From NCBI GenBank assembly GCA_902573085.1, contig CACGHY010000001.1, positions 46,726 through 110,725 of the forward strand: DNA of 64,000 nt, written 5' to 3'. Numbering within the stretch: position 1 is the stretch's first letter; every line of letters starts with the position of its first letter. This document shows, one piece after another, positions 30,837 to 41,214 of the stretch. The notes below the pieces were generated by a model. It was given only the letters and a program-made list of their open reading frames with translations. It searched no databases and had not been told where the DNA came from. The stretch is from an uncultured Candidatus Poseidoniales archaeon. Lineage in GTDB: Archaea > Thermoplasmatota > Poseidoniia > Poseidoniales > Thalassarchaeaceae. The position numbers and the translations under genes are program-made.

Positions 30837-33068
30837 CTATTTTTTGCTTCTACGCTTGGAATTTATTGTTTTCTTAAGATTTCCAATCAAAATGCTTGCA
30901 TCAGATTTGGTGATAGTTTCTATCGATTCCGTTCTAACGGCTTCAAGGGCTTGCTCAATTGGCATCTCTAGTTTCTCAATCATAGAAATTATTGCAGATA
31001 CCTGTCTTTCCGTTGCAGGGCTATTCCTGTCCAGGTTCAGAAGTTTATCGATCAGTTCACTGGCACTACCATCCTTTCCACCAGTGAGATCTGAAACATC
31101 TGTTAACCCCATTTCTCTTAGAATATCGTCTAATTCCAGCCCCAGTCTATCTGCGACTCTAATGATTAGTGCAATCTGTTTTTCACTTGGTGCGATGTTC
31201 GTCTTGCTTTCTTCGCTGATTTCATCAAGAATTTTTTTCACATCTTCACCAGAAAGTTCGGCGAGTGCCCTATCCTGCAATATCCCAGAAGCCTCATCTT
31301 TGGACATATTAGCCAATATTCTTTGAAGATATTCTATCTGTTTGACGGTGGGCTTTTCCTTTCTTTTTTCCAATGCAAGTAAGTGAATTTTACGAAATAG
31401 CTGTTCAAACTCGGTCCATTTAGAGTGTGCTTCTGATAAGCCATCCTCAATAGAATCCAAGTCTGCCTCCATAATTGCAGTAAATTCTGCGGAAAATAAC
31501 TTCCCTACTGGTTGATTATAATGTGGAGCAACCTCCAACCACAAGGTTTTGCCGTTTTGTGTCGGTACTAACGAGCTACCTTGTTTTTCGATATACTTTT
31601 TTTGCTCGAGATTTTTAACCATTGATACATATGTGGAGGGTCGCCCTATCTCACTTCTCTTCATTTCTTGTATGATTGAGCTTTCGGTGTATCTTCTTGG
31701 TGGCTTTGTGTAATCTATCGTCATTTCAGCCTTGGAGTCAATAATCCATGATTCCCCGATTGTAAATCCAACTTCTGGCGGTTTTGATTGGACTTTACCG
31801 ATAGACCATGAAAATACATTTTCCCACCCGTCATGTGTTCTCCATGATGCAGTACCAGTTATCGGCACTTTTACGCCATCACATGAAAACTTCAGATTTC
31901 TTCTTTCTCTAACCGAATCGGACATCTGGCTAGCTGCAAATCTTGACCATATTAGCTGATATAGCTTCTTCTCATCTACATCCTTTCCTGCGCTCTCAAT
32001 TGTTGGCTCACTTGGCCTAATTGCTTCGTGAGCATCCTGAACGTTGCTCTTTTTCTTCCCCGACTCGCCTATCCCCAAGCCCAGATATTCTTTTCCTAGT
32101 TTACCAGAGATATGGCTCCTGATACTCTCTCTGGCTTTTTTGTTGGTTCTAGTAGAATCGGTGCGAATATAGGTTATATGTCCACTATTGTACAGAGATG
32201 AAGCTACTCCACTGGTCTTTGATATCGACCACCCTAGAATAGAATTTGCAGTTTGTAGCATGGTATCAGTTGTGAAAGGTGGTTTTGGCTTTCGCTTAAT
32301 CGTGCCCTCTTTGGCTTCAATTAGTAATAATTTATTTGCGGAGTTTATCGCTCCAACTGTTTTTTCTGCGAACTTAGTATCTGAGGTTCTATTTGGGTAG
32401 TGTTTACCATCATCATCGAACCAAGCATCTTGATCGTCAGATTCGTGAAATCTAACTTTCATTTCAATTCCATTAGATGGGACTGAGACTGAATGATACT
32501 CTTTTGGTACGTGGTTGTCTCTTTCCACCTCTTTTTCCACAATAAAACCCAGCGTTGGAGTCTGCACCCTTCCCATTGACTTCAATTTCCACGATTTACA
32601 GAATTTTGAGCATCTCCAACCAACCAATCTGTCGATCAGCCTCCTAACTATTGCAGCATTGACTAGATCCATGTCTATATTTCGTGGTTCCGAAATTGCG
32701 GACATTACTGCGTCTTTCGTGATCTCGTTAAATGAGATCCTCTGAATCGAATCGAAATCAGAAAGGATTTCTTTTAGTCTCCATGCAATGAATTCCCCCT
32801 CTCTATCGGGATCGGTCGCGATAAATATCTCGTTCACAGATGATTTGGATGCTTTATTCATCATCGAAAGAAGCTTTCTCTCTGCCTTTTCATCCGTCCA
32901 ACTCCATGGAGGATTTGGCAATTCTCCATCCTTGTACGCCCACATTGCTTTATTGTTAACTGGTAAATCCTGAACGTGACCATTGCAAGCATCCACAATC
33001 CATCCTTTTCCGAGGTATTTTTTGATAGTCTTCGCTTTGGCTCCCGATTCAAGGATTACAAGCTTCAT
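30837..33068 (-). CDS. topA: DNA topoisomerase I (type IA)
   Basis: Real start is MKLVILESGAKAKTIKKYLG (TOPRIM). Active-site Tyr region, type-IA Zn/HhH-like C-terminal region. About 740 aa. Confidence 0.8.
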   Translation of the reverse strand: MKLVILESGAKAKTIKKYLGKGWIVDACNGHVQDLPVNNKAMWAYKDGELPNPPWSWTDEKAERKLLSMMNKASKSSVNEIFIATDPDREGEFIAWRLKEILSDFDSIQRISFNEITKDAVMSAISEPRNIDMDLVNAAIVRRLIDRLVGWRCSKFCKSWKLKSMGRVQTPTLGFIVEKEVERDNHVPKEYHSVSVPSNGIEMKVRFHESDDQDAWFDDDGKHYPNRTSDTKFAEKTVGAINSANKLLLIEAKEGTIKRKPKPPFTTDTMLQTANSILGWSISKTSGVASSLYNSGHITYIRTDSTRTNKKARESIRSHISGKLGKEYLGLGIGESGKKKSNVQDAHEAIRPSEPTIESAGKDVDEKKLYQLIWSRFAASQMSDSVRERRNLKFSCDGVKVPITGTASWRTHDGWENVFSWSIGKVQSKPPEVGFTIGESWIIDSKAEMTIDYTKPPRRYTESSIIQEMKRSEIGRPSTYVSMVKNLEQKKYIEKQGSSLVPTQNGKTLWLEVAPHYNQPVGKLFSAEFTAIMEADLDSIEDGLSEAHSKWTEFEQLFRKIHLLALEKRKEKPTVKQIEYLQRILANMSKDEASGILQDRALAELSGEDVKKILDEISEESKTNIAPSEKQIALIIRVADRLGLELDDILREMGLTDVSDLTGGKDGSASELIDKLLNLDRNSPATERQVSAIISMIEKLEMPIEQALEAVRTESIETITKSDASILIGNLKKTINSKRRSKK

Positions 33069-33245
33069 GCTATTCCCCTGGATTTGTATTGCCGTATCAA
33101 GTCCTGTATAAACTAGGTGGAGCGGTAGATCCTCCAACGCACGCACACGCGCGAGCGAGCGCGAACCCGAACGGTGTTAGACAAAGTCAATACTGTCTAG
33201 ATTTGAAACATAACGATTGAAGAATGAGTGCGCATACCGTAGATA

Positions 33246-34349
33246 ATGGGAATAGCCTGGAGTGTTTTGGGGAACCCTGCACTCAGGTTGATTGACTCGG
33301 AGGCTGCTCATTCAATTTCTATGAGGGTGATGAAAGGTATTGGTGAAACCAGTGCCGGCCAGAATATTCTGAAAGCCCTCTACGGGCCACCTGAGGTGCC
33401 AATAGAAGTCTTTGGAAGAATGTTTCATCATCCTCTAGGTTTAGCAGCCGGATTCGACAAAGGTGCAGAGGCACTAATGGCATGGTCTGCCATGGGGTTC
33501 TCTTGGACAGAATATGGGGGCATTACAAGATATCCGCAAGATGGGAATCCAAAGCCTCGAATGTTTCGTGCCAATAAACATAGAGCATTGGTGAATAAGA
33601 TGGGTTTCAATAATCCAGGAGCTTCTGAAATTCGTAAGAGGTTGATTAGTCGTAAATCTGAAGATAAATGGCCAAAAACACCAATTGCTGCTAACATTGG
33701 TAAGTCAAAAAAGGTTCCAAATGACCATGCAGCAGATGATTATGCCTCCACTTTAGACATACTATGGGATCACGCTGATATGTTTGTACTGAATATCTCT
33801 TCGCCCAATACCCCCGGACTTAGAGATCTTCAGAATAAAGAGTACCTTACATCAATTTTAAGATCATGTAACAAGATAAGGGAGCTCAAAGGGGAACAAA
33901 AGCCCATTTTGTTGAAACTTTCACCAGATAATTCTGATGATGAGATATTGGATGCTGTTTCTCTGTGTAAAAAATCAGGTGTCGACGGGATAGTTGCAAC
34001 AAATACTACCATAAAGAGGCCGGCACCATTATCCACTCAGTCAAGAAAAGCATTCTCAAACGATGGGGGGTTGTCTGGAAGACCTTTGAATTCTCGTTCC
34101 CTAGAAATAATAAATTTGGTATACGGAGAAACTCAGGGCAAAATTCCCATTGTGGGAGTGGGCGGCATCGAGTCTAAAGAAACTGCATGGGAGGCCATTA
34201 TTTCTGGATCATCACTGATTCAACTTTATTCAGCTCTGGTATTCAATGGGCCCACAGTGGTATCAAGTATAGTCAAAGGAATCAAGAACAGAGTTAGCGA
34301 ATCTGGGTTTTCTTCTCTATCTGAAGCTGTAGGATACAAACACATTTAG
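33246..34349 (+). CDS. pyrD: dihydroorotate dehydrogenase (quinone), class 2
   Basis: N-terminal membrane-association extension and the class-2 motifs (...NISSPNTPGLRDLQ..., ...GVGGIESKETAWEAI...). Confidence 0.8.
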   Translation: MGIAWSVLGNPALRLIDSEAAHSISMRVMKGIGETSAGQNILKALYGPPEVPIEVFGRMFHHPLGLAAGFDKGAEALMAWSAMGFSWTEYGGITRYPQDGNPKPRMFRANKHRALVNKMGFNNPGASEIRKRLISRKSEDKWPKTPIAANIGKSKKVPNDHAADDYASTLDILWDHADMFVLNISSPNTPGLRDLQNKEYLTSILRSCNKIRELKGEQKPILLKLSPDNSDDEILDAVSLCKKSGVDGIVATNTTIKRPAPLSTQSRKAFSNDGGLSGRPLNSRSLEIINLVYGETQGKIPIVGVGGIESKETAWEAIISGSSLIQLYSALVFNGPTVVSSIVKGIKNRVSESGFSSLSEAVGYKHI

Positions 34350-34371
34350 ACACTAGCGGTTAGAATATAAT

Positions 34372-34767
34372 GTGCAACTTACTAGGCTGTCCCGACTTGT
34401 GATCGTTTTCGGGACATCAATAGCAATATTTGGACTAATGATGGTGACTGTGGACCCCCAAGTCCAATACACTGTAGACGAGATTATGAGTGAACCAGAG
34501 AGATTCGATGGAGAGAATATATTTGTTCGCGGCATAGTATTGCCCGGGACAATGAATTATGATGAATTCGTGTTTACTCTTCAAGGAAGTACAGAGAAGT
34601 TAATCGTCAATTTCAAGGAATCTCCAATTCCAGATGGCTTTGACGAGGGCAGAACTATTGCTGTTAGAGGGATTCTTCAGACAGACAATTCGTCAGATGG
34701 AACAATGATGTGGATAATCAATTCATATGAGATTCAAACAGGCTGTCCATCAAAGTATGAAGCATGA
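34372..34767 (+). CDS. ccmE: cytochrome c maturation heme chaperone CcmE, CxxxY variant
   Basis: N-terminal TM anchor, OB-fold core (FVFTLQGSTEKLIVNFKESPIPDGFDEGRTIAVRGIL), and C-terminal CPSKYEA in place of the canonical HxxxY. Confidence 0.7.
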   Translation: MQLTRLSRLVIVFGTSIAIFGLMMVTVDPQVQYTVDEIMSEPERFDGENIFVRGIVLPGTMNYDEFVFTLQGSTEKLIVNFKESPIPDGFDEGRTIAVRGILQTDNSSDGTMMWIINSYEIQTGCPSKYEA

Positions 34768-34810
34768 TATACCGGGCATATTGATACGTATCGTCATAGC
34801 GCGATAATTG

Positions 34811-35112
34811 GGCTAGAGGGGGAGTTGACGTGCTCTGTTTTTCACAAATCGTTGATAATGGTGACTCGAAGTCCGAGGGCGGCGCAAACGAGCCTTTGGG
34901 ATTACACCAACTGACTGCGATGTCTCGCCCCCAAGAGATCCAGGTTGGCGGTAGCAGAATCCGGAGGGATTCTGTAAGCGTCTCACGCCCGGGAACCAGG
35001 TCAGGCGCGGAAGCGAGCAGCCCGACCGGGGATGCTGGATGCCTTGGGACTTCGGGACGGAGAAAGCTGGTGTTGCATTCTCACTGATGACGAGCGTCCA
35101 CCGAGGACACGC
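34811..35112 (+). ncRNA. ffs: signal recognition particle RNA (7S/SRP RNA)
   Basis: Helix-8 apex CCAGGUCAGGCGCGGAAGCGAGCAGCC closely matches the universal SRP RNA domain IV (E. coli 4.5S CCAGGUCAGGUCCGGAAGGAAGCAGCC). Helix-6-like hairpin CAGAAUCCGGAGGGAUUCUG with a GGAG loop. About 66% GC in an otherwise ~45% GC region. The overlapping ORF 34830..35087 is rejected. Ends are approximate (about +-10 nt). Confidence 0.75.
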
Positions 35113-35115
35113 CCA

Positions 35116-35589
35116 CTACTCGGGTATTCCGGGGAGGCCGCCCATTCTACATATAATTTCGAAATGGGCCTTCTTTACAGGTTGAACTGAAAGCCTTTGG
35201 CCTTTTTTCAACAAGGGCATCCCCTCAAGATCACCATTAGATCTAAGTTCGGGAAGATCAACTGAAGTAATTGCTGATACGGGTTCAATATCAACCATAA
35301 CCCATCTGGGATTATCTGCAGAAGCCTTTGAATCGTAGTATTTAGAACCCGGATCTTGAGCTGTATGATCTGGGTACGATTCCCTACAAACTTTAGCTAT
35401 CCCTGCAACGTGCGGTGGTTTGCAATTTGAGTGATAGAAAAGTACCATGTCACCTACAAGCATATTGTCACGCATGATGTTCCTAGCTTGATAGTTCCTT
35501 ACTCCGTCCCAGTGTGTAGATCCATCTGAAACCAGTTGTGTCCAAGGATAGACATGGGGTTCGCTCTTCATCAGCCAGTAGTTTACCAT
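35116..35589 (-). CDS. EVE (PUA-like) domain protein
   Basis: ...YWLMKSEP...WDGVRNYQARN... is the EVE domain signature. Start taken at MVNYWLM. Confidence 0.6.
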   Translation of the reverse strand: MVNYWLMKSEPHVYPWTQLVSDGSTHWDGVRNYQARNIMRDNMLVGDMVLFYHSNCKPPHVAGIAKVCRESYPDHTAQDPGSKYYDSKASADNPRWVMVDIEPVSAITSVDLPELRSNGDLEGMPLLKKGQRLSVQPVKKAHFEIICRMGGLPGIPE

Positions 35590-35624
35590 GTGGTCCCTAG
35601 TCATAACATAGAAATAAATTTGAT

Positions 35625-38597
35625 TCACCATGCATCGTCTATTTGACCGTAGGATATTCTAGATTCCAAGACATCTATGTTGGTGGTTTGGGAATTTGTA
35701 TTCAATCCAGCTGTCTTCACCATCGCCGTCATACCTCCCGTAAGACCCAAATTAGAAGTTACCATAAAGGAGTAAATTGCTGGTAATAATAGAAGAGCAG
35801 ATAGAGCAGCCACGATAAGTAAGACAATAATCACTGTAACGAAGGGGCCTATTGCGGGTATTTCTATTCCAAAGGCACATGTCATACCCATGGCTGTCAC
35901 TGTTGTAGCCTCGAATAGGCTCATACCTGTACTTGAGCATGCAGTTCTAATCCCATCTATTGTTCCGCCCATCTCTTTGACCCTGTTTGCAATATGTATT
36001 GAGAAATCTATCCCCACACCGACAAGAATCGATCCGATCATTACTGTTACCAGGGATAGAGAGAGACCCCACGCATCCATTACTAACCACTGCATAGCTA
36101 CGGTAAATCCTACTGGTATTGTGGTGAGGAAAGCGTATCTAATATCTCTGAAAACTAGAGCAAGTGTGAGTATCGTGAATCCTAGTGCGAATGCAAGTGA
36201 CGTCCATTGGGAGTCGACTATCAAATTATTGACTTCAATTGTGATTGACGCAACGCCGATTAGTGAGTCACCCACTACATTGATCGGGTTTTCAGAATCC
36301 CCGGCAGCTTTTGCCCAATTATTGATCTGCTCTGTAGTAATTGCAGTACTCTTGACATCCATGAATGGCATATCTATGTATATCAGTGAACGTTGATAAT
36401 CTGGAGAGATGAAGAGTTCCCTCATTTCTTCTGTCATACTATTGTAGAAGACGTATAGTAGGAAATTCTGAGCCTGCCTACCACCATCGTCCTCCTGTGC
36501 TTCAAGTGTATCCAAAATGGTCCAAAATGAGACATTTCCTGATTGGTCTCTGTCGAAAATTAGTTCTGCAATCTCCTTTATTGGCTCTGGAAGAGGTGTT
36601 TCATCTATGAAATCATAAATTGGTGTACCGGATACATTTACCCCTACAGCTATCGCCTTCATGAGGAAGACTATCGAGACAGCAGTAGCATTCTCTACAT
36701 CATTACATCTAGACTCAAGATTCTCTATACCCTCAAGATTGGCGTATGGATGTTCTGCGGTGATCGATCCAAGTCCAATCTCTGGTTCAGCTTTTATGTT
36801 TGCATCGACAAGTAAAAACCCTGGTTGGCCCGCTTCAAACTCATCCGAGTATACGCCCATTTTCTGCACTGCTTCTACTTCACTAGGTGCCATTTCTAGA
36901 AGGTCGATGTTTTCCTCCACGTTTTGCCTGTTGTAACCAGCAGAAATGACCATCAATGCAATAAACAGGGCAAGTGTGACTCTAGACCACTTGACTGGCA
37001 TATTGACTGCAGCAACGAATACCTTTGGAGGGGGGTGAGAAGGTTTTTTCAGATCTAGAAGTATTGTAAGATTGGGGACCATTATCATAGTGAGAATGTA
37101 CACTACAACAATACCCGCGGCCAAGGCCCAACCTACTGTCTGGATGGGCTTCATCGGAGCAAATGTTAGAGAGATGAATCCAATTATAGTCGTCATAGCA
37201 GAGAGGAATACCGCCCGGCCTGTAGATTGGAGTGCTGCAGACATCTTCTCTTGGGGAGTTCCCTTAGATTCTGCATATCTATTCGTAATATGCAGTCCGT
37301 AGGAAACTCCCAGTGAGAGTACGATCGGACCTACTAATATCACCGTCATTGTTACCTCATAATCAGTCAGACCGATTAGCCCCAAAGTAACCCATACCGC
37401 GCAAAGTGTGGGCAATCCAGATATTATGACGACTTTAATGCCTTGAACAAATCGAATCCTACCCGTCTGAAGTAAGTCGCAATGGAATAGGAAAAGCATC
37501 GCTGCTACTATTACAACACCTACAGGGAACACTTGCCAGAATAGTTTGAATGACTCTTCAGTAACTGCGTTAGTTAGTGGTGCAGGGCCGGTTAGAGTCA
37601 TTCTGAGGCATAATGACCCATGGTTAGTTCCGCATCCTTCCGAATCAGGAGAGCCCCAGTTATTATCCAATGCAATTTGATCGATAGTGCCTTGGGTTTC
37701 TGAGACAATATCCCCAATCGTCTTGTTTCCTGTGTCATCAGATATTCCTATGATAATTACTGCACGACTCCATCCGTAATTGGTCTTGATTTCATTACCT
37801 GAGCCTATATTCCTCACCAATTTATCAAGAGCATTCTGAGGCATCTCCTGAAGAATTTGATCAACCCTTTGCTGTTCATCTGGTATTGCGTAATTGCCGA
37901 TTAGATCGCTTTGCGAGTCTATTGTCTCATTTATTTCATCCGAGAGTTGCTGGTTACCAGTTGCCTCAGCAAGGCCTGAAAAGAAGGCCTTTACTACGCG
38001 TCCCCCACTAGAGTTTACTTCCTTAACTACGGTTGAAATAGAAAGAACATAATTAACGTCATCTTCTTGACCTTTGTCGTTCCTGACATAATTGATGGCT
38101 CTCTCTACTTTGTCAATCTGCTCCAAGATGTTAATTTGGCCATTTGACCCACACTCTACACAGGTGACATTGTAATCGTAAGACTCGACGTAAATAACCA
38201 TCACATTGGTAGTCCAATCACTCTCAACCTGAGCAATCAAGTTCTTTACGCTAAGTGGGTCATTATCCGTTGGAAGGTAAACCTCCAAATCCCCATTTAC
38301 ATTCAATGCGGGCTCTTCTTTGCAGTAGCTGGGGTTATCGAAACCTTCCCTACAGTCTAATACGCCTGAGTGAGGTAGAAGTGATACAGTGAATACCAGT
38401 GAAACAAGAACCGCCATCACCGGAAACATGGTTAGAAAACTAGACCCTTCATGATTCCTTATCTTCCTGCGTATTAGGTTGGGTAGTCGTGATAAAGATG
38501 GGATTAGTTTGAAATCGTTCGGAACTAAGTCCAAAAACCTCTTTTTGGCGGTTTCAAAATAACGGGAAACCCGCCCCCCAGAATCTTCCCTAGCCAT
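35625..38597 (-). CDS. RND-superfamily / MMPL-family membrane transporter
   Basis: 990 aa with two 6-TM bundles, each followed by a large extracytoplasmic domain and sterol-sensing-like TM regions. Confidence 0.6.
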   Translation of the reverse strand: MAREDSGGRVSRYFETAKKRFLDLVPNDFKLIPSLSRLPNLIRRKIRNHEGSSFLTMFPVMAVLVSLVFTVSLLPHSGVLDCREGFDNPSYCKEEPALNVNGDLEVYLPTDNDPLSVKNLIAQVESDWTTNVMVIYVESYDYNVTCVECGSNGQINILEQIDKVERAINYVRNDKGQEDDVNYVLSISTVVKEVNSSGGRVVKAFFSGLAEATGNQQLSDEINETIDSQSDLIGNYAIPDEQQRVDQILQEMPQNALDKLVRNIGSGNEIKTNYGWSRAVIIIGISDDTGNKTIGDIVSETQGTIDQIALDNNWGSPDSEGCGTNHGSLCLRMTLTGPAPLTNAVTEESFKLFWQVFPVGVVIVAAMLFLFHCDLLQTGRIRFVQGIKVVIISGLPTLCAVWVTLGLIGLTDYEVTMTVILVGPIVLSLGVSYGLHITNRYAESKGTPQEKMSAALQSTGRAVFLSAMTTIIGFISLTFAPMKPIQTVGWALAAGIVVVYILTMIMVPNLTILLDLKKPSHPPPKVFVAAVNMPVKWSRVTLALFIALMVISAGYNRQNVEENIDLLEMAPSEVEAVQKMGVYSDEFEAGQPGFLLVDANIKAEPEIGLGSITAEHPYANLEGIENLESRCNDVENATAVSIVFLMKAIAVGVNVSGTPIYDFIDETPLPEPIKEIAELIFDRDQSGNVSFWTILDTLEAQEDDGGRQAQNFLLYVFYNSMTEEMRELFISPDYQRSLIYIDMPFMDVKSTAITTEQINNWAKAAGDSENPINVVGDSLIGVASITIEVNNLIVDSQWTSLAFALGFTILTLALVFRDIRYAFLTTIPVGFTVAMQWLVMDAWGLSLSLVTVMIGSILVGVGIDFSIHIANRVKEMGGTIDGIRTACSSTGMSLFEATTVTAMGMTCAFGIEIPAIGPFVTVIIVLLIVAALSALLLLPAIYSFMVTSNLGLTGGMTAMVKTAGLNTNSQTTNIDVLESRISYGQIDDAW

Positions 38598-38714
38598 GTC
38601 CCTCCCGTCCCGACGTGAAACGGCATACCTTCAACCCCTCGGCATAGATGATGGTCTGAATTACATTTTACAACAGTACGGCAATGGTCAATAACACGAC
38701 TCTCTGCCAAATAT

Positions 38715-41210
38715 TTGGTGGGGTTCGTGGGACAGCCGAAGATTTCTGACAAGCGGTGGAGTGTTGATCTCGAGAAAAGAATTCAAATGGAGCACTATGA
38801 TGAAGAATCTTATCGCGAAAGATACGCATTCAATAAAGATACGAAAAAGGAGATTTTTGTTATCGACACCCCTCCTCCATATCCAAGTGGAACCTGGCAT
38901 ATCGGAGCTGTTGCCCAATACAGCATGATAGACGTTATTGCTAGGAGTCAGAGGCTACTGGGTAAAGAAGTGAAATTCCCTTGGGGCGTAGACAGGAACG
39001 GCATAAATATTGAATTTACAGTAGAAAAGAAGACTGGGAGGAAAATGAGGACGTATGATAGGGCAGAATTCCTGGATCTTTGTTCGGAAACTATAGAAGA
39101 ATACACCATGGCTATGCGGAATACTGCGAAGAGAGTCGGTCTATCTTGCGACTATGAGAACGAATATCTCACAGATGCCCCCGACTACAGGGCAGTATCG
39201 CAGACGATTTTCGTTGAGCTTTTCAAGAGTGGCGATATTGTAGAAGACCTTAGGCCCAATATCTACGATCCTGTTGAAGGGACTACGATAGCCGATGCGG
39301 AGGTCCAAAGGGTTCAGAGAGAAACCAAACTATGCAATGTGAAGTGGCAAACTGAGGATGGCGAAGAAATCATAATTTCAACTACAAGGCCCGAGATGAT
39401 TTGTGCTTGTGGAATAGTAGTCGTACATCCCGAAGATGATAGATACGGTCACCTAATAGGTAAGAAAGTGAAACTACCCATTGAGGTGGCAGAACGAGAC
39501 AAATATGTCAAAATTACCTCTCATCCTTCAGTAAAGATGGATTTCGGCAGTGGGATTCTGATGGTTTGTTCATACGGTGACCAGAATGACGTATCAATTT
39601 TCAGAGAGCTTGAGTTGAGGCCATTCGTGGCGATTAATCTTGATGGTGAGATGACAGAAATTGCAGGGCCATTATCCGGGATGAAAGTAATTGATGCCAG
39701 AACAAGAGCAATAGAAATTTTACGAACATCAGGAAATCTAGTCTCTACGGAAGACCGTTTACAAGAAGTACCTGTCAGTGAGAGGGGAGGAAACCCGATA
39801 GAGATTATTCTACTAAAGGAGTGGTATGTACGACAGACCCATATTCTGGATAGACTAATGGAACTTTCAAAGGAAAGCAGATTCATACCTGAAAGGAATC
39901 GACAGTACTTACATGATTGGATAGACGGCGTATCCATCGACTGGCCCATCAGCAGACGTAGGTGGTACCATACAGAAGTCCCCATCTGGTACTCTGAGGA
40001 CCGAACTAAAGTAATCGTTCCGCCAAGAGGATCCTATGTGCAACCCTGGAGAGACTCACCCCCAAATAACTCTGAAGTTATTGATAGAGAGAGCAAGGAT
40101 ACACTTGGAACCTATCAGGAATTGAGCTCGACACTTGGGAAACTGATAGGCGAGGAGAAGGTGTTTGACACTTGGATGGACTCATCAAATTCTAATCTTT
40201 ATGTCTCTGGTTACTTGACGGAACCAATATTGTTCGAAAAGGCATTTCCGACCTCAATTAGGCCTCAGGGCAAGGAAATTGTCAGAACCTGGTTATATTA
40301 CACACTGCTGAAGAGTGCACTTTTACTAGATCGTCCTGGTTTCCAGAGTATTTGGGTAGACGGACTTGGAATGGATCCATGGGGTAGGAAGATGTCGAAG
40401 TCATTAGGAAACGGCATAGATGCGGATAGCGTTCTCGAATGCGGAGCTGGTGGTAGGACAGGTTCGTGGAGGATCAAAGGGGCCGATGGCAAGCAAGTAG
40501 TGTTGAAGGCAAACAAAATCGGAAGTGAGTGCTTTCGACTTTGGAAGGCCTGCGATGCGCAGGTGGGTGATGACTTCCATATCAATCCAGAAGAGATCGA
40601 GACTAAGTATTACGGTGTGCTTACTAAGATATTCAACGTAGCTAGGTTCGCGAGTCAATTCGAAGTTCCTGAAGACTTTTCGTCGCCGCCTGAATTGAAT
40701 ATAGAGGACAAATGGATCCTATCTGAATTTGATCAGTGCATGGCCTCAGTGGAGATCGCATGGAAAGATGTGGACATTTACACTGCGGCACAGACACTGA
40801 AATCTTTTGGGACGGGGATTTTCCCCAGTCACTGGCTCGAGATGTCAAAGACTAGGCTCTACGATGGGGATTTATCGGCTACATGGACAATGCACAGGAT
40901 AGTGCGTGATTTTCTCAGTGCATTTAGCCCAATATGTCCATTTTTCACTCATTATCTAAGTACAACACTTTACGATTCAAGTTCAGTGGATGTCAGAGCA
41001 TTCCCAAGTCTTCCATTATTTCCTGGTACCGAGATGTTTGAAGAACTTAGAAACAAAACCGAGAGCTTGGAAGAGTTCAATTCAATGGTTTGGAGGGCCA
41101 AGAAGGAAGGTGGACTTTCTCTTAAATCACCAATTTCAGGTATCCAAATTCCTGAACCCCTGTCATTATTTTCCGATGCTTTGGTAAAGATGCACAATCT
41201 AGAGTTATAG
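38715..41210 (+). CDS. valS: valyl-tRNA synthetase
   Basis: PPPYPSG (the ValRS PPPN/YxxG variant) with HIGH-region WHIGAVAQ, and KMSKSLGNGID. About 830 aa is consistent with archaeal ValRS. The exact start is uncertain. Confidence 0.7.
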   Translation: MVGFVGQPKISDKRWSVDLEKRIQMEHYDEESYRERYAFNKDTKKEIFVIDTPPPYPSGTWHIGAVAQYSMIDVIARSQRLLGKEVKFPWGVDRNGINIEFTVEKKTGRKMRTYDRAEFLDLCSETIEEYTMAMRNTAKRVGLSCDYENEYLTDAPDYRAVSQTIFVELFKSGDIVEDLRPNIYDPVEGTTIADAEVQRVQRETKLCNVKWQTEDGEEIIISTTRPEMICACGIVVVHPEDDRYGHLIGKKVKLPIEVAERDKYVKITSHPSVKMDFGSGILMVCSYGDQNDVSIFRELELRPFVAINLDGEMTEIAGPLSGMKVIDARTRAIEILRTSGNLVSTEDRLQEVPVSERGGNPIEIILLKEWYVRQTHILDRLMELSKESRFIPERNRQYLHDWIDGVSIDWPISRRRWYHTEVPIWYSEDRTKVIVPPRGSYVQPWRDSPPNNSEVIDRESKDTLGTYQELSSTLGKLIGEEKVFDTWMDSSNSNLYVSGYLTEPILFEKAFPTSIRPQGKEIVRTWLYYTLLKSALLLDRPGFQSIWVDGLGMDPWGRKMSKSLGNGIDADSVLECGAGGRTGSWRIKGADGKQVVLKANKIGSECFRLWKACDAQVGDDFHINPEEIETKYYGVLTKIFNVARFASQFEVPEDFSSPPELNIEDKWILSEFDQCMASVEIAWKDVDIYTAAQTLKSFGTGIFPSHWLEMSKTRLYDGDLSATWTMHRIVRDFLSAFSPICPFFTHYLSTTLYDSSSVDVRAFPSLPLFPGTEMFEELRNKTESLEEFNSMVWRAKKEGGLSLKSPISGIQIPEPLSLFSDALVKMHNLEL

Positions 41211-41214
41211 TCGC

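Noticed and set aside
30837-33146. Possible frameshift or coordinate inconsistency in topA
   Set aside because: My position count gave 33147 against the track's 33146 for the ORF end. The protein translation is continuous and all neighbouring ORFs index consistently, so this is a 1-nt bookkeeping discrepancy, not a biological feature.
33428-33697. 89-aa antisense ORF inside pyrD, and similar ORFs inside topA (31732..31959, 32188..32400, 32515..32745)
   Set aside because: No support beyond being open. They are embedded in strongly supported genes.
34830-35087. 85-aa ORF (MLCFSQIVDNGDSKSEGGANEPLG...) in the GC-rich segment
   Set aside because: It overlaps the SRP RNA helix-8/helix-6 signature sequences, and its Gly/Ser/Arg-rich composition is what a GC-rich structured RNA produces when translated. 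Called as ncRNA instead.
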